A DNA stretch of 64,000 nucleotides from Eledone cirrhosa (lineage: Eukaryota): NCBI GenBank assembly GCA_964016885.1, contig OZ024751.1:930001-994000 (forward strand), written 5' to 3'. Each line of letters begins with the position of its first letter. Positions within the stretch are counted from its first letter, which is position 1. Below the pieces are notes generated by a model. That model was not told where the DNA came from. It made no database searches and worked only from the letters and a program-made list of their open reading frames with translations. The position numbers were made by a program, and so were the translations under genes. Positions 8,694-20,500 of this stretch are shown here, piece after piece.

Positions 8694-11600
8694 AACTATA
8701 CACGCTTCCCTGAGTACAGTGGGTGAGTGTAGATATGTATATATCAACTATACACACTTCCCTGAGTACAGTGTGTGAGTGTAGATATGTGTATATCAAC
8801 TATACACACTTCCCTGAGTACAGTGTGTGAGTGTAGATATGTGTATATCAACTATACACACTTCCCTGAGTACAGTGTGTGAGTGTAGATATGTGTATAT
8901 CAACTATACACACTTCCCTGAGTACAGTGTGTGAGTGTAGATATGTGTATATCAACTATACACACTTCCCTGAGTACAGTGTGTGAGTGTAGATATGTGT
9001 ATATCAACTGTACACACTTCCCTGAGTACAGTGTGTGAGTGTAGATATGTGTATATCAACTATACACGCTTCTCTGAGTACAGTGGGTGAGTGTAGATAT
9101 GTGTATATCAACTGTACACACTTCCCTGAGTACAGTGTGTGAGTGTAGATATGTGTATATCAACTATACACGCTTCTCTGAGTACAGTGGGTGAGTGTAG
9201 ATATGTGTATATCAACTGTACACACTTCCCTGAGTACAGTGTGTGAGTGTAGATATGTGTATATCAACTATACACGCTTCTCTGAGTACAGTGGGTGAGT
9301 GTAGATATGTGTATATCAACTATACACACTTCCCTGAGTACAGTGTGTGAGTGTAGATATGTATATATCAACTGTACACACTTCTCTGAGTACAGTGTGT
9401 GAGTGTAGATATGTATATATCAACTATACACACTTCCCTGAGTACAATGTGTGAGTGTAGATATGTGTATATCAACTATACACACTTCCCTGAGTACAGT
9501 GTGTGAGTGTAGATATGTATATTTCAACTATACACACTTCTCTGAGTACAGTGTGTGAGTGTAGATATGTATATATCAACTGTACACACTTCCCTGAGTA
9601 CAGTGTGTGAGTGTAGATATGTATATATCAACTGTACACACTTCCCTGAGTACAGTGTGTGAGTGTAGATATGTATATATCAACTATACACACTTCCCTG
9701 AGTACAGTGTGTGAGTGTATATCAACTGTACACACTTCCCTGAGTACAGTGTGTGAGTGTAGATATGTGTATATCAACTATACACACTTCCCTGAGTACA
9801 GTGTGTGAGTGTAGATATGTGTATATCAACTGTACACACTTCCCTGAGTACAGTGTGTGAGTGTAGATATGTATATATCAACTATACACGCTTCTCTGAG
9901 TACAGTGTGTGAGTGTAGATATGTATATATCAACTATACACGCTTCTCTGAGTACAGTGTGTGAGTGTAGATATGTGTATATCAACTGTACACACTTCCC
10001 TGAGTACAGTGTGTGAGTGTAGATATGTGTATATCAACTGTACACACTTCCCTGAGTACAGTGTGTGAGTGTAGATATGTATATCTCAACTGTACACACT
10101 TCCCTGAGTACAGTGTGTGAGTGTAGATATGTATATATCAACTGTACACGCTTCTCTGAGTACAGTGTGTGAGTGTAGATATGTATATATCAAGTGTACA
10201 CACTTCCCTGAGTACAGTGTGTGAGTGTAGATATGTATATATCAAGTGTACACACTTCCCTGGGTAGAGTGTGTGAGTGTAGATATGTATATATCAACTA
10301 TACACACTTCCCTGAGTACAGTGTGTGAGTGTAGATATGTGTATATCAACTGTACACACTTCCCTGAGTAGAGTGTGTGAGTGTAGATATGTATATATCA
10401 ACTGTACACACTTCCCTGAGTAGAGTGTGTGAGTGTAGATATGTATATATCAACTATACACACTTCCCTGAGTACAGTGTGTGAGTGTAGATATGTGTAT
10501 ATCAACTGTACACACTTCCCTGAGTACAGTGTGTGAGTGTAGATATGTGTATATCAACTATACACGCTTCTCTGAGTACAGTGGGTGAGTGTAGATATGT
10601 GTATATCAACTGTACACACTTCCCTGAGTACAGTGTGTGAGTGTAGATATGTGTATATCAACTATACACGCTTCTCTGAGTACAGTGGGTGAGTGTAGAT
10701 ATGTGTATATCAACTGTACACACTTCCCTGAGTACAGTGTGTGAGTGTAGATATGTGTATATCAACTATACACGCTTCTCTGAGTACAGTGGGTGAGTGT
10801 AGATATGTGTATATCAACTATACACACTTCCCTGAGTACAGTGTGTGAGTGTAGATATGTATATATCAACTGTACACACTTCTCTGAGTACAGTGTGTGA
10901 GTGTAGATATGTGTATATCAACTATACACACTTCCCTGAGTACAATGTGTGAGTGTAGATATGTGTATATCAACTGTACACACTTCTCTGAGTACAGTGT
11001 GTGAGTGTAGATATGTATATATCAACTGTACACACTTCTCTGAGTACAGTGTGTGAGTGTAGATATGTATATTTCAACTATACACACTTCTCTGAGTACA
11101 GTGTGTGAGTGTAGATATGTATATATCAACTGTACACACTTCTCTGAGTACAGTGGGTGAGTGTAGATATGTGTATATCAACTATACACACTTCCCTGAG
11201 TACAGTGTGTGAGTGTAGATATGTATATATCAACTGTACACACTTCTCTGAGTACAGTGTGTGAGTGTAGATATGTGTATATCAACTATACACACTTCCC
11301 TGAGTACAATGTGTGAGTGTAGATATGTGTATATCAACTGTACACACTTCCCTGAGTACAGTGTGTGAGTGTAGATATGTATATATCAACTATACACACT
11401 TCCCTGAGTACAGTGTGTGAGTGTAGATATGTATATTTCAACTATACACACTTCTCTGAGTACAGTGTGTGAGTGTAGATATGTATATATCAACTGTACA
11501 CACTTCTCTGAGTACAGTGGGTGAGTGTAGATATGTATATATCAACTATACACACTTCCCTGAGTACAGTGTGTGAGTGTAGATATGTGTATATCAACTA

Positions 11601-11907
11601 TACACACTTCCCTGAGTACAGTGTGTGAGTGTAGATATGTATATATCAACTGTACACACTTCCCTGAGTACAGTGTGTGAGTGTAGATATGTGTATATCA
11701 ACTATACACACTTCCCTGAGTACAGTGTGTGAGTGTAGATATGTATATATCAACTGTACACACTTCCCTGAGTACAGTGTGTGAGTGTAGATATGTATAT
11801 ATCAACTGTACACACTTCCCTGAGTACAGTGTGTGAGTGTAGATATGTGTATATCAACTGTACACACTTCCCTGAGTACAGTGTGTGAGTGTAGATATGT
11901 GTATATC
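8694..11907. repeat. 52-bp tandem satellite, left block (~62 monomers)
   Basis: Consensus TCAACT(G/A)TACACACTTC(C/T)CTGAGTACAGTG(T/G)GTGAGTGTAGATATGT(A/G)TATA. Confidence 0.99.
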
Positions 11908-12309
11908 TGTAGCAGTGAATGAAATGTATTTTCCTTCTGCGGCGGAATGGTGTTACGGAGGTAAGTTGGCTGAAGTGTGGGCCAATCGAAACCTTCGGTG
12001 CACTAATTGGACTGTCCAGAACTACGTCACCAGGTGAGCGGAGGTAACCAAGAGAGACATTAGTCTACACGCACCTCTCTTATCGACAAGACCAGGCTAC
12101 ACTCATCGCTGCTAACAACATCTCCATCTTGCAATGAAGCGGACCAAACTACATCCTACACATGTAGATACGACCTGTACCTAATGTATCCGTTCAACAT
12201 ATACGACTAATAAATAGAGTTACAACATCGATAATGGATTTAGTCAATGTTCTAAATGCCTTCTGATTTCTATTATGTATACCAAGAATTGACCCTAAAA
12301 CCCGTTATA
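11908..12309 (+). repeat. 5' LTR (402 bp, TGTAG...TTATA)
   Basis: Direct repeat of 17189-17590 with 2 mismatches (11916 T/A, 12201 A/G). AATAAA at 12209-12214. Confidence 0.97.
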
Positions 12310-12311
12310 AA

Positions 12312-12325
12312 TGGTGACCCGAACG
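12312..12325 (+). other. Primer-binding site, tRNA-Trp-like
   Basis: TGGTGACCCGAACG lies 2 nt after the 5' LTR and resembles the tRNA-Trp PBS TGGTGACCCCGACG. Confidence 0.8.
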
Positions 12326-12928
12326 TTTAAGGACATCAACACAGAAGAAACCACATCTTTCCGTTGCAACGAACACATCAACATTTCGCATCCCCCCCCC
12401 CCCAAAAAAAAACAAAGCCACTCGCCTTTTCTCGGGGTATGGACGCGATTAGCTTGAGTCCTAATATGTATTTGATATATTGTCTTATTGTTACTAAATC
12501 TGCACATCACACCTTCACTTTCTAACATCACCGAACACATGCGTTAATACAAAAATCTTATTTTTTCCTCTCAATTTCTGATTGGGCGACGCTATAAAAA
12601 AAAACTGTTGGCGCCGATAGCCAGTCAGAGCAAGATGGCCGACTTCCGTCTTCTTCAGCTGTTTTCCCGCCAAAATGACGGAGGCAACGCCATTTTGAAA
12701 AGTACACAAAAGGAAAAAAAAAAAAAATAAAATAATAGGACAAAGATAAATCATAATTTTTTTTTTAAAGCTTGACGTTTTTCCCTCCAACATTGTTTTT
12801 GATATATTTTTCTTTTTCTGTCTTTCACTCGGATTATATTTTTTCTTGGCCTGAATTTTCACTTTTGTCTCGGTGACAAGTGCAGAGTTGTCCTTTCTTT
12901 GCCCTTTGCTTTTACATCAGTATACACA

Positions 12929-13829
12929 ATGGGTAGCACTTCATTGCCACCGTTTACCGGTGACGTCACTGTCTGGTTCGCCCAGATAGAAGCACATTTC
13001 ACAGCGAATAACATCACCAGTGACCACAGACAGTTAAATCTCCTGTTAAGCGCTTTTCCAGCGTCATTGACGTCGGTCGTCAAAGACTTAATTACAGATC
13101 CTCGCCCTGGGGCCACCTATCAGAGCGTGAAGCTCGAAGTGTTGCGGCGGACCACATTGTCCGCAGAAAAAAAATTTCAGACGCTCGTCAATGACGAACA
13201 TTTGGGTGATCGGACGCCCACACAACTACTGCGTCGGATGAGAGAGCTGGCGGAAGATGCCCCAGCTGACAGTGCCCTCCTTAGACAGCTTTTTGTCTCA
13301 AGGCTACCCCCCGGAGTTCAGGCGATCTTAGCGCCCATGATGGAGGCTGCTCCTGTCGACCAGCTAGCGGCTTCGGCCGACAGGGTTATGAGTGTCATCG
13401 GACACCCAGCCTCATTTGCCCCCTTCCAGGCACCTCAGCCACCGGCTGCGGTCAATCCGTTCTCTCCTGCCTCCTTCCAGGCACCCTAGCCACCGGCTGC
13501 GGTCAATCCGTTCGCTCCTGTCTCCTTCAATGCATCCCAGCCGCCGACTGCGGTCGCTTCCAGCGGCTGCCAGTTATACCGACCAGTCACTTGCAAATGC
13601 AGCAATGCTGCAAGCAATAGAGCAGCTAACCAAGGAAGTGAGAAAACTAAGCACTCACAGGGCTCATTCGCCCAGACGCCGTTTCCAGAGCCGTTCACCC
13701 TCGCCACGACGCCGTCACACAGGCAGTTCAGGTTTGTGTTACTACCACAGCCGTTTTGGCGCAGCAGCACGCTCCTGTAAACAGCCTTGTACATTTTCGG
13801 ACCAGGGAAACAGATTTCAGGAGACCTGA
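12929..13829 (+). pseudogene. gag: gag, interrupted by TAG at 13487-13489 and a frame change before the nucleocapsid region
   Basis: ATG at 12929 gives LPPF..WFAQIEAHF..LGDRTPTQLLRRM..LFVSRLP..LAASADRVM. The C-terminal RSPSPRRR and [18 protein letters not shown] are in the +1 frame (ORF 13392-13829). Confidence 0.88.
13421..13555 (+). repeat. 51-bp (17-codon) tandem repeat, ~2.6 copies, inside gag
   Basis: PFQAPQPPAAVNPFSPA / SFQAP*PPAAVNPFAPV / SFNASQPPTAV. Confidence 0.9.
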
Positions 13830-16800
13830 GCACGGCACAGTCTCCTCTGACCCTCCCTAATAACCGTGTGTTTTTCATCACAGACACTGAGTCGCAAGCA
13901 CGTTGTCTGATCGACACCGGCGCGGCTTGTAGCATTTGGCCGCTAAAACTTCTCAAAGAGAAGCCCCAACTCTCAACCGTCTCTCTGCAAGCAGTAAACC
14001 AGTCACCGATCCCCACGTACGGTCAGATTTCTCGTTCTTTGAACCTGGAATTGCGTAGAGATTTCACGTGGATCTTCACTGTTGCTGATCTGCCTTACCC
14101 CATCCTAGGCTCAGATTTCCTGCACCACTATAACTTGATAGTGGATATGCGCAGACGCCGGTTGTTGGATGCCAACACAGAACTGTCTGTGCCGGGTACC
14201 AGATCGACTGTCTCGTCGGTCAGCCCGGTCTTCTTTATCGCTGCTACAGAAGATCCTTACCAATCACTTTTGCATTCCTTCCCGGAATTAACAAATTTGA
14301 ATTTTGTGATGAGTGAGCCTACTCACTCCACCAAGCACCACATTGAAACATCCGGAGCTCCTGTGTTTTCGCGCCCTCGCCGTCTCTCTGCTGAGAAACT
14401 GAAGGCCGCAAAGGCTGAATTCAATCACATGCTGCAGCTCGGGATCATTCGCCCATCCTCAAGCCCATGGGCCGCACCCTTGCATTTGGTACCAAAGCGT
14501 TCCGGTGATTGGCATCCCACTGGGGACTTTCGCCGGTTAAATGCAATGACGGTACCCGACCGCTACCCGATACCACACATACAGGATTTTGCATCTTCGC
14601 TGCATGGATGCAACATATTCTCCAAATTGGATTTGGTCAAAGCATACCACCAAATCCCGGTGAACCCGGCAGACATACCTAAAACTGCAGTAACAACTCC
14701 ATTTGGAGCGTTTGAATTTTTGACCATGCCTTTCGGTTTGCGAAACGCAGCCAGCACGTTCCAACGATTTATGGATGAAGTTGTGCGCGATTTAGACTTC
14801 GTGTACAGCTACATCGACGACATTCTTGTGGCAAGTGCCTCACCTGAGGAACATGTCACTCACCTCCGTCTCCTGTTCGAGAGATTTCAAAAATACCAAG
14901 TGAGAATTAATCCGGCAAAATGTGTTTTCGGTGCTTCCTCACTTGTCTTCTTGGGCCATGTCATCAGCCCAGAAGGAATTTCGCCACTACCTGATAAAGT
15001 GAAAGCGGTACAAGACCTCCAACCACCCACTTCACTTCGTCAACTACGACATTTTCTTGGGCTACTGAACTATTACAGGCGCTTTATCCCACACTGTGCG
15101 GATCTCCTGTCTCCTCTGTCCGACCTGTTACGTAACAGGAAAAAGAAGAACGATTCCATTTCATTGGACACGAATCAGCTAAAAACATTCGACGAAGTGA
15201 AGCGGAAGCTTGCGGAGACATCACTGCTTGCACATCCTGTGTCTGGTGCCCAGTTTTCACTGGTTGTTGATGCATCAGGCACAGCTGTAGGTGCAGTACT
15301 GCAACAACATCACCAACAACAGTTACAACCTCTTGCCTACTTTTCTAAACAGCTGAAGCCTGCAGAAACACGGTATAGCAGATTCGGCCGTGAACTCTTG
15401 GCTATGTACCTTGCAGTGAAACACTTTCGGCATTCACTGGAGGGTCGCCAATTTGTTATATACACTGACCACCGTCCGCTTACGTTCGCACTGCGTTCTA
15501 AGCAGGACAAATATTCACCTCGCGAAACTCGCCACTTGGACTTCGTTTCGCAATTTACCAGCGATATCCGACACATCTCTGGTGAACAGAATGCGGCGGC
15601 AGATGTACTGTCTCGCCTCCCAATTAATTCCCTGTCATCGCCAGCGGAAATCGACCTCCAACGAATGGCCACAGAACAACCACCTCTGGATACTTTGGAC
15701 CTCTCGTCTTCTGAATTTGCAACTGGCAAATTTGCATATCTGCCTGTGCCCACTTCGGACACACAGATTATCTGCGACACCTCGACAGATGCACCTCGCC
15801 CTCTAGTGCCAGTGACTCATCGTCGAGCAGTTTTCGACACCTTGCACGGTCTGGCACACCCTGGAATATCGACCACAGTGAAGCTCATTTCGGCTAGATT
15901 CTTCTGGCCTAATATGAGGCGTGACATCACTGCCTGGACACGTTCCTGCCTATCCTGCCAAAAGTCAAAGGTGCACAAACACATCCGCGCACCCCTTGGA
16001 ACTTTCAGCACTCCAGACGCTAGGTTCAGCCATGTCCATATAGATCTTGTCGGACCATGGCCGGTCAGCCGAGGATTTACATACCTCCTGACCTGCATAG
16101 ATCGCTTCACACGTTGGCCTGAGGCCATTCCTTTAAGTGACATTTCGGCGGAATCTGTGGCGCGAGCTCTAGTATCGGGTTGGATATCGCGTTACGGAGT
16201 TCCAGCCACTATCACCACTGACCGCGGTGGACAATTTGAGTCACACCTTTTCCGAGAGCTTTCAAGGATCCTGGGAATGCAACGCATTCGAACGACCAGC
16301 TACCATCCAGCTTCTAACGGAATGATTGAACGCTTCCACCGCCAATTGAAAGCCGCACTGCGCGCTTATCCGGATCAGCAGCGGTGGAGCGAATATGTAC
16401 CAATTGTCCTCCTGGGCTGTCGTGCAGCCATCAAGGAAGATCTAGGCTACTCCCCCGCCGAGTTGGTTTACGGAGTGCCTATATCTCTGCCTGGTCAGAT
16501 GTTAGCTCCATTGGACCTACCAGCAACAGACCCAGCTCTGTATGTGAGCAGACTGCAATCATATTTCAGCAATCTTCCGCCTATGCACCCTCGCCAACAG
16601 ACAATCAAATCTTCGGTCCCGAAAGACATTGCTTCATGGACCCACGTCTTTTTACGAAAGGACGCCGTGAGAGCTCCTCTCATGCCACCTTATACCGGTC
16701 CCTATCGCGTGCTTGAGCGCACAGATAAGCTATTCACCTTAGACATTGGGGGTAAAAAAGAGACTGTGTCCATTGACAGGGTAAAACGGGCCTATACAGA

Positions 16801-16966
16801 CACTCTCACACAAGAGCCCCATTTTCCCCCCACATACACCTGGCATCAGCCAAGCCACAATACACATATAACATCGCACACACCTACACCTACATATGTC
16901 ACCACCACACGTAGCGGTCGGCGAGTACATTGGCCCAAGAAGCTTTGCAAGACTCTTTATATATGA
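13787..16966 (+). CDS. pol: Pol polyprotein (aspartic protease, RT, RNase H, integrase), uninterrupted; probably entered by frameshift rather than at the listed start
   Basis: Protease LIDTGA; [19 protein letters not shown] and YIDD; RNase H VDAS, ELLA, TDH and ADVLSR; integrase HGLAH..CLSC, HIDL, TDRG, MIERF and GPY. Confidence 0.96.
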   Translation: MYIFGPGKQISGDLSTAQSPLTLPNNRVFFITDTESQARCLIDTGAACSIWPLKLLKEKPQLSTVSLQAVNQSPIPTYGQISRSLNLELRRDFTWIFTVADLPYPILGSDFLHHYNLIVDMRRRRLLDANTELSVPGTRSTVSSVSPVFFIAATEDPYQSLLHSFPELTNLNFVMSEPTHSTKHHIETSGAPVFSRPRRLSAEKLKAAKAEFNHMLQLGIIRPSSSPWAAPLHLVPKRSGDWHPTGDFRRLNAMTVPDRYPIPHIQDFASSLHGCNIFSKLDLVKAYHQIPVNPADIPKTAVTTPFGAFEFLTMPFGLRNAASTFQRFMDEVVRDLDFVYSYIDDILVASASPEEHVTHLRLLFERFQKYQVRINPAKCVFGASSLVFLGHVISPEGISPLPDKVKAVQDLQPPTSLRQLRHFLGLLNYYRRFIPHCADLLSPLSDLLRNRKKKNDSISLDTNQLKTFDEVKRKLAETSLLAHPVSGAQFSLVVDASGTAVGAVLQQHHQQQLQPLAYFSKQLKPAETRYSRFGRELLAMYLAVKHFRHSLEGRQFVIYTDHRPLTFALRSKQDKYSPRETRHLDFVSQFTSDIRHISGEQNAAADVLSRLPINSLSSPAEIDLQRMATEQPPLDTLDLSSSEFATGKFAYLPVPTSDTQIICDTSTDAPRPLVPVTHRRAVFDTLHGLAHPGISTTVKLISARFFWPNMRRDITAWTRSCLSCQKSKVHKHIRAPLGTFSTPDARFSHVHIDLVGPWPVSRGFTYLLTCIDRFTRWPEAIPLSDISAESVARALVSGWISRYGVPATITTDRGGQFESHLFRELSRILGMQRIRTTSYHPASNGMIERFHRQLKAALRAYPDQQRWSEYVPIVLLGCRAAIKEDLGYSPAELVYGVPISLPGQMLAPLDLPATDPALYVSRLQSYFSNLPPMHPRQQTIKSSVPKDIASWTHVFLRKDAVRAPLMPPYTGPYRVLERTDKLFTLDIGGKKETVSIDRVKRAYTDTLTQEPHFPPTYTWHQPSHNTHITSHTPTPTYVTTTRSGRRVHWPKKLCKTLYI
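13805..13869 (+). promoter_or_regulatory. -1 programmed ribosomal frameshift signal (G GGA AAC plus downstream stem/pseudoknot)
   Basis: Slippery heptamer at 13805-13811 is in gag phase (Q-G-N) and pol is in the -1 frame. Stem AGGAGAC 13819-13825 pairs with GTCTCCT 13840-13846, and loop GCACGG can pair with CCGTGT 13864-13869. Confidence 0.8.
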
Positions 16967-17175
16967 ACTATGTTATTTACAGCAATCTTCTTGGAGTTTG
17001 CTCCGCCCTTGTATTTGTATTAAATGTATGAACTAAGGTGAACATTACACTATTTCTGACTTTCCTGTAATATGAACATTTCTTTATCAGTGATATATTT
17101 TATTGTGTTTACTATTATATGGTACTTTTTCTTTCATTCAACTGCTACCCTTATTTCTCTGTCGGCTGTAAGCCT

Positions 17176-17188
17176 AAGCAGGGGGTGA
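17176..17188 (+). other. Polypurine tract
   Basis: AAGCAGGGGGTGA immediately precedes the 3' LTR. Confidence 0.75.
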
Positions 17189-17590
17189 TGTAGCAGAGAA
17201 TGAAATGTATTTTCCTTCTGCGGCGGAATGGTGTTACGGAGGTAAGTTGGCTGAAGTGTGGGCCAATCGAAACCTTCGGTGCACTAATTGGACTGTCCAG
17301 AACTACGTCACCAGGTGAGCGGAGGTAACCAAGAGAGACATTAGTCTACACGCACCTCTCTTATCGACAAGACCAGGCTACACTCATCGCTGCTAACAAC
17401 ATCTCCATCTTGCAATGAAGCGGACCAAACTACATCCTACACATGTAGATACGACCTGTACCTAATGTATCCGTTCAACATGTACGACTAATAAATAGAG
17501 TTACAACATCGATAATGGATTTAGTCAATGTTCTAAATGCCTTCTGATTTCTATTATGTATACCAAGAATTGACCCTAAAACCCGTTATA
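17189..17590 (+). repeat. 3' LTR (402 bp)
   Basis: Direct repeat of the 5' LTR at offset 5281. AATAAA at 17490-17495. Confidence 0.97.
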
Positions 17591-20500
17591 TATCAACTAT
17601 ACACACTTCCCTGAGTACAGTGTGTGAGTGTAGATATGTGTATATCAACTGTACACACTTCCCTGAGTACAGTGTGTGAGTGTAGATATGTATATATCAA
17701 CTATACACGCTTCTCTGAGTACAGTGTGTGAGTGTAGATATGTATATATCAACTATACACGCTTCTCGGAGTACAGTGTGTGAGTGTAGATATGTGTATA
17801 TCAACTGTACACACTTCCCTGAGTACAGTGTGTGAGTGTAGATATGTGTATATCAACTGTACACACTTCCCTGAGTACAGTGTGTGAGTGTAGATATGTA
17901 TATCTCAACTGTACACACTTCCCTGAGTACAGTGTGTGAGTGTAGATATGTATATATCAACTGTACACGCTTCTCTGAGTACAGTGTGTGAGTGTAGATA
18001 TGTATATATCAAGTGTACACACTTCCCTGAGTACAGTGTGTGAGTGTAGATATGTATATATCAAGTGTACACACTTCCCTGAGTACAGTGTGTGAGTGTA
18101 GATATGTATATATCAACTGTACACACTTCCCTGAGTAGAGTGTGTGAGTGTAGATATGTATATATCAACTGTACACACTTCCCTGAGTACAGTGTGTGAG
18201 TGTAGATATGTATATATCAACTGTACACACTTCCCTGAGTAGAGTGTGTGAGTGTAGATATGTATATATCAACTGTACACACTTCCCTGAGTACAGTGTG
18301 TGAGTGTAGATATGTATATATCAACTATACACACTTCCCTGAGTACAGTGTGTGAGTGTAGATATGTGTATATCAACTGTACACACTTCCCTGAGTACAG
18401 TGGGTGAGTGTAGATATATATATATCAATTGTACTCACTTCCCTGAGTACAGTGGGTGAGTGTCGATATGTGTATATCAACTGTACACACTTCCCTGAGT
18501 ACAGTGTGTGAGTGTAGATATGTATATATCAACTGTACACACTTCCCTGAGTACAGTGGGTGAGTGCAGATATGTGTATATCAACTATACACACTTCGCT
18601 GAGTACAGTGTGTGAGTGTAGATATGTGTATATCAACTATACACACTTCCCTAAGTACAGTGTGTGAGTGTAGATATGTATATATCAACTGTACACACTT
18701 CTCTGAGTACAGTGGGTGAGTGTAGATATGTGTATATCAACTGTACACACTTCCCTGAGTACAGTGTGTGAGTGTAGATATGTGTATACACACTTCCCTG
18801 AGTACAGTGTGTGAGTGTAGATATGTATATATCAACTATACACACTTCCCTGAGTACAGTGGGTGAGTGTAGATATGTATATATCAACTGTACACACTTC
18901 TCTGAGTACAGTGGGTAAGTGTAGATATGTATATATCAACTGTACACACGTCCCTGAGTCCAGTGTGTGAGTGTAGATATGTGTATACACACTTCCCTGA
19001 GTACAGTGTGTGAGTGTAGATATGTATATATCAACTGTACACACTTCTCTGAGTACAGTGTGTGAGTGTAGATATGTATATATCAACTGTACACACTTCT
19101 CTGAGTACAGTGGGTGAGTGTAGATATGTATATATCAACTATACACACTTCCCTGAGTACAGTGGGTGAGTGTAGATATGTATATATCAACTGTACACAC
19201 TTCCCTGAGTACAGTGTGTGAGTGTAGATATGTATATATCAACTATACACACTTCCCTGAGTACAGTGTGTGAGTGTAGATATGTATATTTCAACTATAC
19301 ACACTTCCCTGAGTACAGTGTGTGAGTGTAGATATGTATATATCAACTGTACACACTTCCCTGAGTACAGTGTGTGAGTGTAGATATGTATATATCAACT
19401 GTACACACTTCCCTGAGTACAGTGTGTGAGTGTAGATATGTATATATCAACTATACACACTTCCCTGAGTACAGTGTGTGAGTGTAGATATGTGTATATC
19501 AACTGTACACACTTCCCTGAGTACAGTGTGTGAGTGTAGATATGTGTATAACAACTGTACACACTTCCCTGAGTACAGTGTGTGAGTGTAGATATGTATA
19601 TATCAACTATACACGCTTCTCTGAGTACAGTGTGTGAGTGTAGATATGTATATATCAACTATACACGCTTCTCTGAGTACAGTGTGTGAGTGTAGATATG
19701 TATATATCAACTGTACACACTTCCCTGAGTACAGTGTGTGAGTGTAGATATGTATATATCAACTATCCACACTTCCCTGAGTACAGTGTGTGAGTGTAGA
19801 TATGTATATATCAACTATACACACTTCCCTGAGTACAGTGTGTGAGTGTAGATATGTATATATCAAGTGTACACACTTCCCTGAGTACAGTGTGTGAGTG
19901 TAGATATGTATATATCAACTGTACACACTTCCCTGAGTAGAGTGTGTGAGTGTAGATATGTATATATCAACTATACACACTTCCCTGAGTACAGTGTGTG
20001 AGTGTAGATATGTATATATCAACTATACACACTTCCCTGAGTACAGTGTGTGAGTGTAGATATGTGTATATCAACTGTACACACTTCCCTGAGTACAGTG
20101 GGTGAGTGTAGATATGTATATATCAATTGTACTCACTTCCCTGAGTACAGTGGGTGAGTGTCGATATGTGTATATCAACTGTACACACTTCCCTGAGTAC
20201 AGTGTGTGAGTGTAGATATGTATATATCAACTGTACACACTTCCCTGAGTACAGTGGGTGAGTGTAGATATGTGTATATCAACTGTACACACTTCCCTGA
20301 GTACAGTGTGTGAGTGTAGATATGTGTATATCAACTATACACACTTCCCTAAGTACAGTGTGTGAGTGTAGATATGTATATATCAACTGTACACACTTCT
20401 CTGAGTACAGTGGGTGAGTGTAGATATGTGTATATCAACTGTACACACTTCCCTGAGTACAGTGTGTGAGTGTAGATATGTGTATATCAACTGTACACGC

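Larger units (their letters stand above)
11908..17590 (+). mobile_element. Full-length Ty3/Gypsy LTR retrotransposon, CsRn1/Kabuki/Boudicca-type
   Basis: Paired 402-bp LTRs, TSD TATC (11904-11907 and 17591-17594), tRNA-Trp-like PBS, PPT, gag with Cx2Hx9Cx3C (CHCC) motif, and pol order PR-RT-RH-IN. CHCC, a Trp PBS and a 4-bp TSD are the described hallmarks of the CsRn1 clade. Confidence 0.95.

Noticed and set aside
13421-13555. The 51-bp gag repeat or LTR sequence as the source of the 52-bp satellite
   Set aside because: There is no sequence similarity. The only shared word is TGTAGATA in the LTR, which is too short to be meaningful.
14537-16930. Short antisense and alternate-frame ORFs overlapping pol, and similar ones over the RTE and PLE
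   Set aside because: These are shadow ORFs with no recognisable motifs, as expected opposite long coding sequence.
16967-17188. Possible env or extra ORF after pol
   Set aside because: Only ~220 bp of AT-rich sequence separates the pol stop from the PPT, and it contains no ORF.
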